This document shows, piece by piece, positions 50,589 to 61,752 of a DNA stretch of 64,000 nucleotides. The notes below the pieces were generated by a model. The model saw only the letters and a program-made list of their open reading frames with translations, was not told the DNA's origin and made no database searches. Position 1 is the stretch's first letter; each line of letters starts with the position of its first letter. The stretch is from Yuukianura sp. NJ FZ-2021. Lineage: Eukaryota. The DNA is taken from the NCBI GenBank assembly GCA_046563655.1, contig CM102287.1, positions 744,001 through 808,000 on the forward strand. Reading direction: 5' to 3'. The position numbers were made by a program, and so were the translations under genes.

Positions 50589-53500
50589 ATGGATCACATC
50601 CAACCAAGCTCTTCTGTTTGTGGTGTTTGTGGCAAACAGAAACTTCGAAAGCTTGCTTACCTTAAACACGTTTCTAAGTGCCGGAGGAAAGTGTGCAAGA
50701 AACAAAAGTGTACGTGAAATTCCAAATTATCGGTGCGTTCTTTGTCGAAAAACATTTAACTCACATTTACGTCTAGAAAACCATTCTGCAGTTGTGCATT
50801 CAAGAGTTCTGCATTCTCAAATTGCAAAGGCTATAAGTCGAAAGATCCAAATTGGGAGGTCAATTTCTAAGAACAGTGAAACTGGAATACTTCCTTTCAA
50901 AAAATTCAGGCATTTCAAGGGTACGTCCGGACATACCGTCATCTGATGAAAAAGTCGGTCCCCTGCCTCAATTTGTATTTTCTGAAATTTGGAAATCAAA
51001 TCGAAAACATTATCAAAGAATGTCTGGTCCAGTTGAAAACTATCAAGTGCCAACTTTCTGTGAAGGTACAGTTTAAACGCTATTTATGTCAATCGAAAGA
51101 TGGAAACGAAATTTTTGAATACCAAGAGAAAATGATAAACTCGAACATGCTTAACGTGTTGAACCCCAAGCAAAGTCTTGTGCGGTTTATGAAAATGTGT
51201 GTATCAAAAATTGACCAGTCAATTAACATCTTTGAAGTTTATGGTTCGGGGTGGCAGTTGTCAAAAATCCGCGGATCAGACATCAGAGTTGGGAAATTCA
51301 AGCCATTCACTGGAGGTCAGTGGAAGCGACTTCCAAAATGTTTGGAATCCAAAAAGGCGACTGTAAATATTATGACGAGAGGAAATCGCTGTTTTAAGTG
51401 GGCTGTGCTCAGTTCCTTGTACCGTCCTGATAAGGAGACTTCGCGTGCCTCAACTTATCAGCAGTACGCTCATCTACATGACTTTGACTGCATTGAATAT
51501 CCGGTTTCATTGAAACAAATATGCAAATTCGAAGAAAAAAACGACGTTGCAGTGAATGTTTTTGAATATTCTCGCTTTGATGGAATTTTGCCGGTACGAA
51601 TTTCTGAGAAAAACTACAGAACTTCTCAAACAGCAAATTTAATGCTTGTGCGTGACAAAACTGGAAACAATTGGCATTTCATTGGAATTCGGAACATGAA
51701 CAGATTGTTGGGAAAACAAAACTGCAAACGACGTTACTTACAATTGTTTACAAAGAATTAAGCAGTGTTCAAAAACCTGTCGTGAAAGCAAATGCGAGAA
51801 GATGTGCTTACTTCTCAGGCATAAAGCTGAGTGTGAAAAGTTTGTTTTTCAAAAGGTGAAGATGCCGAAAGTCGAAAATGGTAGTCCACCAGTGATGTGT
51901 TTCGAAAACTATTCAAACAAAATGGAAGCAGGCTATGTTATGTACGCTGATTTGGAATCAATATTGAAACCCATTCAAGATTCTTCAAATGAGTCGTCCA
52001 TCACTAAAGAGAAACGTCATATCCCCTCCGGATTCCCATATGCTTTAATCAAAAATACCGGCGAGTTGATCTCCTACCGTGTTTACAGAGGAAAGGACAG
52101 CATCAAGATTTTTCTTGAAGATTGTTTAAAAATTGCGAGCAGTGTCATGGAGATATACAAACTGAAAGTACCCATTAAAATGAAACATGGAGAGGAGGAG
52201 ATATTTCAGAATGCTGAGAGTTGTCACATTTGTGGTGGAGCATTTGAATTTTATGGAGACAAGTGCAGAGATCATTGTCATTTGACGGGTAACAAAATAA
52301 AAACGCTGATAAATTCAAAGGTAAAGGTTGTTATCTTATTGAAAAATTAAACGAATTACTATTAGGTACATTTCGAGGGGCCGCTCACCAGAGATGTAAT
52401 TTACAATTCCAACAAGAGGAAATTTTACCTGTTGTGGTTAGAACAACATACGTTTGCAATATGCGTTGTAATTGTTTCATTAAATTTTTTATATTCACGC
52501 AGATCCACAACTTTCAAGGATATGATCATCACTTGATCATCAAAGGACTGAATGACATAAGTGCTAGGAAAATATCCGTAATTCCAACTAACACGGAGAA
52601 ATACATGTCGGTGGCAGTTGACTCCTTGCGGTTTATAGATAGCCTTCAATTTCTCAATTCCTCATTAAGTGAACTCGTCAGCAATTTGAAGGAGCAAGGA
52701 GAAGATAAATTTGCAATCATGAAGCAGGTGTTTGGAAACAAATATGAACTGCTTACAAGAAAAGGTGTATACCCTTACGACTACATCGACTCTTGGCAAC
52801 GTTTTGATGAAGAAAATTTACCTGCGAAGCCAAAGTTCTACAACACACTTACTAGTTGCCACATTACCGATGCGGACTATGAATACGCTCTGCATATTTT
52901 CAAGACGTTCGGTCTTAAATCCTTAGGGGAATACCATGATCTTTACCTACTAACCGATGCGTTGTTACTCGCTTGCGTGTTTGAAGAGTTTCGAAAAATG
53001 GCATTGAAGAATTTTGGACTTGACCCGGCTCACTACTTTTCGCTACCTGGGCTGGCGTGGGATGCTGCTTTAAAAATGTCAAACGTAAAGCTGGAACTCA
53101 TAACTGACATTGAGATGTATATTTTTCTGGAGAAAGGAATGAGAGGTATTTGAGTATTTCCTCTAATAATGTTTAATTTAACACTGACTAACTCCTAAAC
53201 CATTGTTCAGGAGGAATTTCCCAAATCTCACATCGTTATGCAGAGGCACACAACAAATACATGAAGGACTATAGTGGAAAGCCTGGAGATGCAAACCAGA
53301 TGTATATTGCTTTGTGGGACATGGTTAACCTGTACGGAAAGGCAATGGAGAGCAGGCTTCCAGTTGACAATTTTATTTTTTTAAATCAAGGTAGCGTTAA
53401 GCAAGTGAAATGTTGAGTAACTTTACATTTTAATATACTGATCTGCTTTAATTTTAGCATTGGTGGCAGAATTCAATATTGATGACTTTCACTTGGACGA

Positions 53501-54742
53501 CGACATTGGGTACATTATAGAAGCAGATCTTCATTATCCTGGTATTGTACTTTCATGAACTATTACTGTCTACTTTTGTTAATTTTTCATGATTTTCTTA
53601 ACCTTTTGAACTATACAGAAGAACTTCACGACTCACACCAATGCTATCCACTGGCTTGTGAAAAGACAACTGTGTCTTCAGAGAATTTTAGCAGCTTCCA
53701 AAGAAAGTTGCTTGACTGTCTTCCAATCAATTACATGGAATTGCAAGAAAAGCTTGTGTGCCATTTCCAGCACCGAAAGAATTACATCTGTCATGTGGCA
53801 AACTTACAATTCTACGTGAATCGTGGACTTTTGATTCAGAAGATTCACAGAATTTTGGCATTCCGGCAAAAACCATGGCTTAAAACATACGTTGAGTTCA
53901 ACAGCTCCCAAAGGCGCAATGCCAAAAATGAATTTGATAGGATGTTCTACAAGTTATGTGTCAATGCTGTATTTGGAAAAGGAATGGAATCTGTCAGGAA
54001 GCGCATGAACATCAGAGTAGTGAACAACCGTCAAACCGCTTCCAGATTGTTGTCAAAATTCCAATTTTTGTCGCATGATATTTTGGGTGACAATCTGGCC
54101 TGCTTTAGAATGCAGAAGTCATGCGTCACCCTTAACAAAGCAATTTACACAGGATTCTGCGTTTTAGAGTTAAGCAAATTACATATGGCACGTTTCCACT
54201 ATGACTACGTCAAGACCAAATGGGGCCAAAATGCGACGCTGCTCATGACTGATACTGACAGCTTGGCATACTCAATTTGCACCACAGACCTATACAAAGA
54301 CCTCGAAGAAGACTTAGAACTATTTGACACCAGCAACTTGCCAAAATCACACCCGCTTTATTCAATGGCGAATGCTGGAGTCACTGGAAAAATGAAAGAC
54401 GACGTGAAGGGACGAATACTAACCAAGTTTGTGGGACTCGCCCCCAAGTCCTACTGCTTTGTAGGTGAAGATTACCATGCGGCTTCTTTCAAAAAAACTG
54501 CCATGAAGGGAATCCCGCAAAGAGTTCAGCAAAAGTCAATATCATTTGAAATGCTGGAGAAAGTTTTATTAGACCAAAAAATTCTAGCGTGCACTCTGAA
54601 ATCAATGCGGTCGTACAAGCATAAAATTTACAATATCAGAACAACTAAAGCTGCACTACATGCATTTGATTCCAAACGCTACATTTTAAACGACGGCATT
54701 ACAACCTTACCGTACGGGCATTACAGGATTAATAAAAACTAA
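50589..54742 (+). pseudogene. polB: pPolB with 5 spliceosomal introns and ~3 frameshifts in the N-terminal part (pseudogene or assembly errors)
   Basis: N-terminal Zn fingers (CGVC..H...C; CVLC..H....H), GSGW, YADLES, DHCHLTG/TFRGAAHQRCN, IHNFQGYD, RGGIS, WDMVNLYG, KLCVNAVFGK, TDTDS. Introns at 52289-52365, 52437-52502, 53146-53210, 53391-53457, 53542-53618. Frameshifts near ~50700, ~50930 and ~51740. Confidence 0.88.
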
Positions 54743-54775
54743 GTCTAATGCTTTATTACTTATATGTGACGTATT

Positions 54776-55461
54776 TTAAACGAAGACCTTAATTATCAGC
54801 GTTATTTCGGAACGACATATGGGGCATATTGATTGGGTGGTACAGCATTCCAAACATGTTGCCAAATGACAGCAAGGAGCGTACATATAGGAGACTTGGC
54901 GAATCATGCAAATCTTGCACCTGATAATAGACTTCAAATTGTTCAATTCTATATAAGAAAAAATAATTATGAGTTCACACATAAGTTCAAACTTGCACTT
55001 TAATGATTCCTTTACCTGTCTCTATACACTTTCCGGAATCCATCTCACAAAGATCCGTTGTTGACGAAACCTACATTTTTCAAAATTTATCATAAATATA
55101 TATTTACTGTCATAATTTTGCTTCCAAACATTTTGTAGCTTACGTTTGTGACTGGGTGCTTTAGAATGAGATATGCACAGTTTGGAGAATGAATTCGGTG
55201 TTCCAACCATGGTGAATCGTGTTGACTCCAAGAACTCAGACACAGCCCACAGTAAAAACAAATTACAGCATCCTCAAACTCTGTGAAGAAGAATCCTGCG
55301 TTTGCTAGTGTTGCAGCAGGAGGGAAGCAATCCTTAGTAGAGGAATCGAAGCTGGCTAGCCTACTTTCAGTGGTTGAGTACTGTTCGAAATCCGGACCGT
55401 TGTTCGTTAATACTACTAGAGGCATGTTGATTACGTCTACTTTTGCAACTAGTTCTGACAT
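54776..55461 (-). CDS. iap: Inhibitor of apoptosis (one BIR + C-terminal RING), 3 exons, ~181 aa
   Basis: BIR: RLASF...LANAGFFF...DAVICFYCG..L..W...DSPWLEHRIHSPNCAYL. RING: CKICM...PCCHLATCLEC...CPICR. Introns 55143-55071 and 55015-54949 join them in frame. Confidence 0.92.
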
Positions 55462-55492
55462 GTTTGTACTATTAACTCCAATAACTGACTAA

Positions 55493-56344
55493 TTAGAAGA
55501 TGCTCCAGGCAGAGGCTGTGGCAACTGGCGTTTGATATTGCTCATCAGATGTATTACCACTAGTGGGAGCATCCGCTTCGTAATCGTCCATTCCGTCTCC
55601 CTCCTCCTCTTCGTCGTCGTGTTCCTCCTCCTCTTCCTCGCCCTCTTCTAGCGATTCGTTAGTGGCTGGAGTATTTTGGGCAAGTAGTGCTACCGTACTC
55701 AGATTTAACTTGTTCCGAATATGAATTCCAAGCAACTCCTTTTGTAAATGCACTTTCTTTAAAATGTAAATAAATGTACGAATTCCCTTTGGTGGAATGA
55801 CCTTCGCCGGAGGCTTTAGGACGTATGCCAAGAGTTCAATAATATTTGCACCATTCCTTGGTACACCCTTATACGAAACTTGGCCGGACTCATCCCAGGA
55901 AATGTCATTAAATGCAGACGTAGAAAGAACGTGCATTATTTTCATGCCAGGTAGCTGGTACTTTTTTGGAAGGAACTTAGCTAGGTGAGTGTTGTACAAA
56001 GCCTGGTCTACGGTCGTTCCTGCATCGCGTTTTATATTCTCTTCGTGGTTGGTCTTTGTACTTTTGGGTGATGGAACAAGCTTTCCCGGTTTAGAAACTT
56101 CAACTTGAAGTGGAGTGTGTATTAGAGCCGAAAAGTTTGCGTGCAGTCCCTTTACCATACTATTGAATAAGGCTAATTTGATGTCATCGGAAATAGAATT
56201 CCATTTTAGAATGTTTGTTGCTGCTGCTTGCTTCCTTTGGAATAGTTGAACTGATGCAGATTTATGTAAAAGCTGAGGAGCTCGTTGAATGGCAATAAGT
56301 TTTTCGTACTCCAGATGCGGTATCAGTTTCATTTTTTTGGACAT
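55493..56344 (-). CDS. Conserved Polinton protein of unknown function (283 aa, acidic tail)
   Basis: Homologous to 32336-33340 by shared motifs and by position downstream of the small basic gene. Confidence 0.8.
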   Translation of the reverse strand: MSKKMKLIPHLEYEKLIAIQRAPQLLHKSASVQLFQRKQAAATNILKWNSISDDIKLALFNSMVKGLHANFSALIHTPLQVEVSKPGKLVPSPKSTKTNHEENIKRDAGTTVDQALYNTHLAKFLPKKYQLPGMKIMHVLSTSAFNDISWDESGQVSYKGVPRNGANIIELLAYVLKPPAKVIPPKGIRTFIYILKKVHLQKELLGIHIRNKLNLSTVALLAQNTPATNESLEEGEEEEEEHDDEEEEGDGMDDYEADAPTSGNTSDEQYQTPVATASAWSIF

Positions 56345-56690
56345 TATAAACCCACAAGGTGAGTTAATGCGTTTGCTGCAAGACCGCCAAGTATCGACAG
56401 AGCTGGTGTCACCAACAGTGGAAGAAACCCACCTTTTTGTATTAAGAATTCCTTCTTCTTTTTAATAGAGAACTTCTTTGCAAGATTCCTGATACAACTC
56501 CTGTGCCGTTTGAGTTTATGTTTGTGTTGTTTAGTTAATGGCACATTACCAATTAACGTGTTTAGAGCAATTTCGGACAATGCTTCAATGTTGTCTTTTG
56601 AAGCCTTTTTTATTAACTTTTTCGGCGCGGAGCTTTACACTTTTTAACTTCTTCGAGGAACGTTTTGTTTCTAACTAAACGGTTTGTCAT
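56344..56690 (-). CDS. Small basic conserved virion protein, 1-nt frameshift at ~56620
   Basis: ATG at 56690 (MTNRLVRNKTFLEEV...). One extra A in the A-run restores RKKLIKKASKDNIEALSEIALN...QKGGFLPLL. Confidence 0.8.
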
Positions 56691-56704
56691 TGTAAAAGAA
56701 ACAC

Positions 56705-57430
56705 TTAACTTGGTAAGTAAATAATATGTTCTTCCTTTGGAAGAATTCCTGACTGTATTCGTAAATTATCGTGGCAACTAGGGTGTAAATTTAAGAACAA
56801 GTATGAATACGGCTGGCGAGTTGCCTCCTCGTAAGCGTTTAAAATTGCACTCGGCTTCCTTGGATTGAGTTGTCTACTGAGGTACATCACTTGTGATGGA
56901 AATGAGGGTCTTGCAAATCGTCATGTAATGTGTGTTGAGACGAATATCCCTGGCATATTTTCCTTGCGGCAGCAAATTTTGAGAAAGGAAGATGACGGAT
57001 ATTGACCTGGAATTCAAAAACGTTTTGTCAATTCTATGCAAATTTATCGAGGTAGTGCATTTGCAAAGTGATTTTTGCCTTACCTATGATGAACACCGCA
57101 AGTGAAGAGTTCTTGGACAGATTTGTCTTTTAATGAATCTGCCATTTGGTCATCGATGACTAGCAATGTATTATTAGCGTAGACTTCGTCCAATTTTAAT
57201 CCCTCCATGCATCTAACTCTATGGTCCATTGACTTCATGACGTCATAGCCGCTTTGATATACCTTATAGAATACAATTACGTCATCGATTCTAGGTGACA
57301 CCATCATGTCGAGGTTTTGAATAATCTTGCAAACAAATGTTGTTTTTCCAGACATCGTACCGCCTGCAACAATAAATGTGAATGGATGTTTGAGTTGAAT
57401 TTGATCGAAATCGTACGTATGGTTCTCCAT
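56705..57430 (-). CDS. Packaging ATPase with one intron (57083-57007) and a frameshift at ~56910
   Basis: GGTMSGKT, LLVIDD, GVHHR|SISVIFLSQN...IRLNTHY, then YLSRQ...AYEEAT..PYSYLFLNL in another frame. Confidence 0.88.
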
Positions 57431-58176
57431 TAGGTTGATATCTTCTTAAAATGTAGAGTTAAAGTCACTTGACCTTTGTCAATTTGTAATTCCTCCCCAA
57501 ATTCGTCACACGGTACAATAGAGATGATGTCAAACTCGCTCCTTGAAATCGGCAGATAAAACGGATGAGCAAAAGTTTGAGTGACTGCTTGTCCTTCGTT
57601 TCCAATTATGTTTACCATACGAAGCAGAGGCACAAGAGAGGATCCAACGATTTGAGACTCTATTATGTCACAGTATAGAAACATGTGATATCGCCCACCG
57701 AGTATATCCGGTGGAGAATCGGCTATCAAGTAAGTATTTTGCTGATTTGAATTGAATTCAAGCGTACCATTAAATCCCAAAATGTAGGAGAGTTTCTCAC
57801 TTATTTCGATACTAAATCCAGCTTCTACTTCCAGGATAACACGACACTTTGTTTCATAGTACTTCAAGTTGGAAGGGACGCTGTGCTTTATAAAAGATGC
57901 GTTGATTATGTGAACTAAATGCTCCACGGTACTGTAATGAAGTAAAGGAAGCACTATTTTCCCGGCAGTCTTCGCCGCATTATACTCAATGAGGTTGTCT
58001 TTCTCAGCTCCGGTTAGGGTTTTTATGGAGCACACATAAGTCAACTCAGTAAGCCCGACTTCGTATAAGGAAGGCTCAAGTTTTATTTTGGATGGAAGTT
58101 TAATCCTGTAGTTACTGGTTCGGTTGTCAGAAAAATAACGTGAGCCGTTCGACGGTAATGTAATATAGAATCCCAT
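57430..58176 (-). CDS. Minor capsid protein (penton)
   Basis: FYITLPSNGS..F.DN.TSNY..KLP..I.L...YEVGLTEL; MFLYCDIIE.QIVG...VPLLRMV; TLTLHFK. Confidence 0.92.
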   Translation of the reverse strand: MGFYITLPSNGSRYFSDNRTSNYRIKLPSKIKLEPSLYEVGLTELTYVCSIKTLTGAEKDNLIEYNAAKTAGKIVLPLLHYSTVEHLVHIINASFIKHSVPSNLKYYETKCRVILEVEAGFSIEISEKLSYILGFNGTLEFNSNQQNTYLIADSPPDILGGRYHMFLYCDIIESQIVGSSLVPLLRMVNIIGNEGQAVTQTFAHPFYLPISRSEFDIISIVPCDEFGEELQIDKGQVTLTLHFKKIST

Positions 58177-58177
58177 T

Positions 58178-59107
58178 TTACACTTTTAAACTTATCTTGC
58201 TGAGGTCTTGACTGTAATAGATGCCAGAAATTTGCTCACCAGAGAGATCCCTGACACGATACGTCACAGGAATGGAATTGATGACTTCACAAACTTCGAA
58301 AATTTCGCTCGTAAAAGCAGGCCAATAACCTTTGCCAAATATGTGTTTCGTTTTATCTAGGCGAACGCGGTCGTACAGTTTAAGAGTAGCTTTTGATTTA
58401 GGTTTTGAATACAAGTCCTTATAAGATTCCAACCATACGTCCATTTCATTGTATTTGTTAACGTCGCATGGCGCCACTTTCGTTCGCGAATGTATTTTAC
58501 TGTTATAAGTCTTTATAAGAAAAGGCAGGGCTTCAATGTATCTCGCTTGACCACTTTCAGTAAGATGTCTTGAGATAGCTGTGCATATTGTTCGGTTAAA
58601 CCGTTCAATAACGGATGAACCAAAGTCTGAAAAGTTATGGTACATCAATATGCCAAGAGACTTTGCCCACTTCTGGAATGTAGCTGACCAAAATTCTAAA
58701 CCTTGATCGCATTCTAGTGTTACAGGTTTTCCTTTCCCTGAAGAGATGATCCGCTTAAATGCTTGAATAACTTCGCTAGTTTTCTTTGATTTCATTGGCA
58801 CAGCAAATGCATACTTTGACAGGACATCAATTGCGGTTAAAAGACAAGAATAGCCATCGTTTTCTTCAGTGTACTTTGGCAAAAAAACAATATCAGCCTG
58901 CCATAGGTAGTTTATACCTGGTGATGTTACCCGTCTCCTGCGAAATTTGCACCTCCGACTCTTATGGCGCGTGTATGAGTCTTGAGTTTGTAAGAATTTC
59001 AATGCTGTAGAATCAGAAATACCGTTTAACTTACTTAAATGTTTCTTGCCCCCCAAATAAGTAGAACTTCCGATGTTCTTGTATGCTTTCGCAACTTGAG
59101 ATTTCAT
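58178..59107 (-). CDS. Retroviral-like DDE integrase
   Basis: WQADIV, IDVLSKYAFAVP, CDQGLEF, IERFNRT, YNSKIHS, FGKGY; likely ATG at 59107. Confidence 0.94.
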   Translation of the reverse strand: MKSQVAKAYKNIGSSTYLGGKKHLSKLNGISDSTALKFLQTQDSYTRHKSRRCKFRRRRVTSPGINYLWQADIVFLPKYTEENDGYSCLLTAIDVLSKYAFAVPMKSKKTSEVIQAFKRIISSGKGKPVTLECDQGLEFWSATFQKWAKSLGILMYHNFSDFGSSVIERFNRTICTAISRHLTESGQARYIEALPFLIKTYNSKIHSRTKVAPCDVNKYNEMDVWLESYKDLYSKPKSKATLKLYDRVRLDKTKHIFGKGYWPAFTSEIFEVCEVINSIPVTYRVRDLSGEQISGIYYSQDLSKISLKV

Positions 59108-59174
59108 TTTAATAAGATTAGAATGAATGTACAATTTGGTCACGTTAAATATATACACTTGTAGGAACCGAAAC

Positions 59175-59726
59175 TTACATGTTGAGTAGAACTTCTAAAA
59201 TCTCACAACACTGAATGATTCTGGTTACTTCTAAGTTTTGGGAGTCACCCCTGAAGCATGTATTATCGTAATGTAAGTTAATTGCCGCGAAGTCTCTAAC
59301 AATGTTGTCGTTTACATTTAGATCAAATTCGTCGAACCTGCTCAGAATTTTTTCGAATGATTCTCCCTTGACTCTGTGTATCAAGTAGTATAGCGCGAAC
59401 TGTCCACAAGCATCGCTATGCTCCGGCTGAACTCTAAGGCTGCTCATCCTTATGACGTCGGATTTGGAGTAAAGAAAATTTACAAAGCTAGGATTGTAAA
59501 AGTGAATCGGCATTGCACAGCTGTCGAAGAATTCTACTTCCCTACCTCCTCGTTTTTTGAACATGCCGATCCAATGCATTCCTGGTTCCTTGGAAGTTTG
59601 GGAATTTGCTACGACTGCGAACTGATCCGAAGTAATAACGTTTAATTTGTCGGACGGTAGAACTGCAGTTTGGTATGATCCGTTGATGCTCCTATCCAGT
59701 ATCTCCATGATTTCGGTGGTATTCAT
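59175..59726 (-). CDS. Adenain-like cysteine protease
   Basis: NSQTSKEPGMHWIG, EFFDS, VQPEHSDACGQF. Confidence 0.93.
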   Translation of the reverse strand: MNTTEIMEILDRSINGSYQTAVLPSDKLNVITSDQFAVVANSQTSKEPGMHWIGMFKKRGGREVEFFDSCAMPIHFYNPSFVNFLYSKSDVIRMSSLRVQPEHSDACGQFALYYLIHRVKGESFEKILSRFDEFDLNVNDNIVRDFAAINLHYDNTCFRGDSQNLEVTRIIQCCEILEVLLNM

Positions 59727-61024
59727 TGTGCCACAACTGCTTGTCGGTACTTGTCAATCTCCAAAACCCCTTGTTGTTCAGACAGAATAACACAGTGCAC
59801 TGATTTTTCTAGCGCCCTGCTAAACTGAACTTCAATTTTCACGCTCCCAGATTTTTCCAAATGAAGGAGTGCCTCGTTCCCAGTGGGTTGAAGAATATCA
59901 AATGTAAATAGGGCATTGCTCTCTTTGTAGTCGTCTCGCCCAAAAGACAGTCCAACATCGTGCCCAGCTATTCCTGTGCTCGTAAATAAAAGATAGTATG
60001 CCAAAAGACATTCGTTATTTGGAAAGTCCAAGGACAACGGTCTAATTGGTATAGACACATTGTTGACTGAAATCGAAATGGACTTAATGTTGTAATTGTG
60101 GAAACGAAACGGATTTGAATTGAAATCTCCGTTGAACGCCAAGCTATCCACAAATCCAATTATGATACGACTTGGCACAGTATTTGCAAAAAGGTTTTCT
60201 TCGAGGGCAGACGAATTTCCTTGAGCAATGGTAAAGTATTTCACTTCAGTGGACTTAAATGGGTATTGAGCAATTTCGCCTTTTTCTAAAAGTCTCTGAT
60301 GAGCCAATATAATGCTAGGAAATGGCAGTTGTTTTCGGATGTAGTATGTTGCCGATAAGAACTTGATTACTCCATCCTCACCCTTCTTCTTTGAAAAAAG
60401 GGCAAATGCATCGGAAGATCGTGTGAGACAAATGCGAACGTTCACGTCATTCAATATGTATCGATGTTGATTAGCTAGGTTAAATCTCAATTTGTCGATT
60501 AGCTCCAAGTCTTTCGATTCGTTGATGTAGCTTTTTCGTTTCTCCCATCCTAGGTTTGTCGAGTCTGCAATTCCACCAACTGTGTCTTCATAGTACAAAG
60601 CACATCCACCCTGGGAGGTTTTGTAGTCTTTTCCGTAGCAAAGCAATGTTTCTATGTACGCCCGATATGAGTAGCCATTATTGCTTGTGGACACAAGTTT
60701 TTCATTAAAATAAATGTCCAGTTGTGAGAAGAGGGCATGCATAAATAAATTCACAGTTCCAACTGTGGAATCCGTTCCTAGGTTATCTCCGGTCTTCTGC
60801 GTCACTTTTAGCTTGATCCGCAGGAAGCTGTCTGTCAAATCCAGGTAATGGTTACTATTCCCAGGAATCTTAAATTCGATTTTGTTTGAAGCGTCCTGAA
60901 CGTTCACAACTGGCTGATACTCTTCGTACATACTGTAGTCACACGTCGTATCTGTTGCTGGGATTGAAAATAGGTCGACTTCTCCACGAATAGCCGGTTT
61001 AGACCGGGAATGCAGCAAAGACAT
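59723..61024 (-). CDS. Major capsid protein
   Basis: IEFKIPG..YLDL, NLFMHALFSQ, YSYRAYIETLL, VPSRIIIGFV...AFNG...NPFRF, GSVKIEVQF. Confidence 0.93.
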   Translation of the reverse strand: MSLLHSRSKPAIRGEVDLFSIPATDTTCDYSMYEEYQPVVNVQDASNKIEFKIPGNSNHYLDLTDSFLRIKLKVTQKTGDNLGTDSTVGTVNLFMHALFSQLDIYFNEKLVSTSNNGYSYRAYIETLLCYGKDYKTSQGGCALYYEDTVGGIADSTNLGWEKRKSYINESKDLELIDKLRFNLANQHRYILNDVNVRICLTRSSDAFALFSKKKGEDGVIKFLSATYYIRKQLPFPSIILAHQRLLEKGEIAQYPFKSTEVKYFTIAQGNSSALEENLFANTVPSRIIIGFVDSLAFNGDFNSNPFRFHNYNIKSISISVNNVSIPIRPLSLDFPNNECLLAYYLLFTSTGIAGHDVGLSFGRDDYKESNALFTFDILQPTGNEALLHLEKSGSVKIEVQFSRALEKSVHCVILSEQQGVLEIDKYRQAVVAQ

Positions 61025-61037
61025 TATGCAAAAATAT

Positions 61038-61516
61038 CTAATTTGGTTCTCTTCGTCTTTGTTGGATTTGGTTTCGCTTTTCGTTTTTTGAGACTTTCGA
61101 TTTGGATTTCTTAACCTTGTTTGCAGAGACTTGCTTCCTTAGTTTCGCGGGTTTCCTCTTCGTGTACGTCCGCTTCTGTTTATTTCGAACACCGTTTCCG
61201 GTTTGACTTCCCACTACTGAATTCAAAAGATCCGAGCCGACGTTCTTCAAAAATCCAACGCTGTTTTCTTTCAAAGCCTTCTTTACCGACTGGCGTCCTC
61301 CCGCAATGCCACTCACAGTTTTAACTGCAGCTTCCTTTGCGCGAGGCAAAATCCACTTCATGATGATTGGCAATGCGTACTTGGCAATCCCGCCTAGGAT
61401 GGAACCAATCCCACCCCTCTTTGACGTACCCCATGAAACACAGGCATTCCATTGCCAATTTGGTCCCTCAAAGTGTTGTAGTAATGTTCGTGATTAAACA
61501 CGTACCTCTGCCGCAT
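61038..61516 (-). CDS. Basic core/membrane-active virion protein, 1-nt frameshift at ~61415
   Basis: ATG at 61516: MRQRYVF...YY...QIGNGMPVFHGVRQRG. One extra G restores GGIGSILGGIAKYALPI...QTGNG plus a K/R-rich tail. Confidence 0.8.
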
Positions 61517-61752
61517 TGTAGATAGATGTTTTCAGTTTGACTTAAGAAAGATAACTGAGAGCTAAATTTGGAGCTATGATTAATATCACTATTAAGTGCA
61601 CAATTGACTAACCGGAAAGGAATTTAAGCTGAGCTTTTAAGATGTAAACAGTTTCTAATGTTAAAAACGTTTATGTTTAAACCCTTGTTTTATAATAACA
61701 TTTTGATTATTTCGGAGTATATATCAAATTCACTTTGAATTAAACAATGGTA

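Larger units (their letters stand above)
50589..61516. mobile_element. Second, divergent Polinton/Maverick-like element (coding span only; termini not identified)
   Basis: PolB(+) convergent with IAP, conserved unknown protein, small basic protein, ATPase, penton, integrase, protease, MCP and core protein (all on -). No TIR or TSD visible. Confidence 0.92.

Noticed and set aside
26023..61516. Naming the host species or assigning PW/PZ/GasderminX/Cupiennin labels
   Set aside because: Short introns and Inr-like motifs suggest an arthropod but do not identify it, and the exact family labels need profile searches I cannot run.
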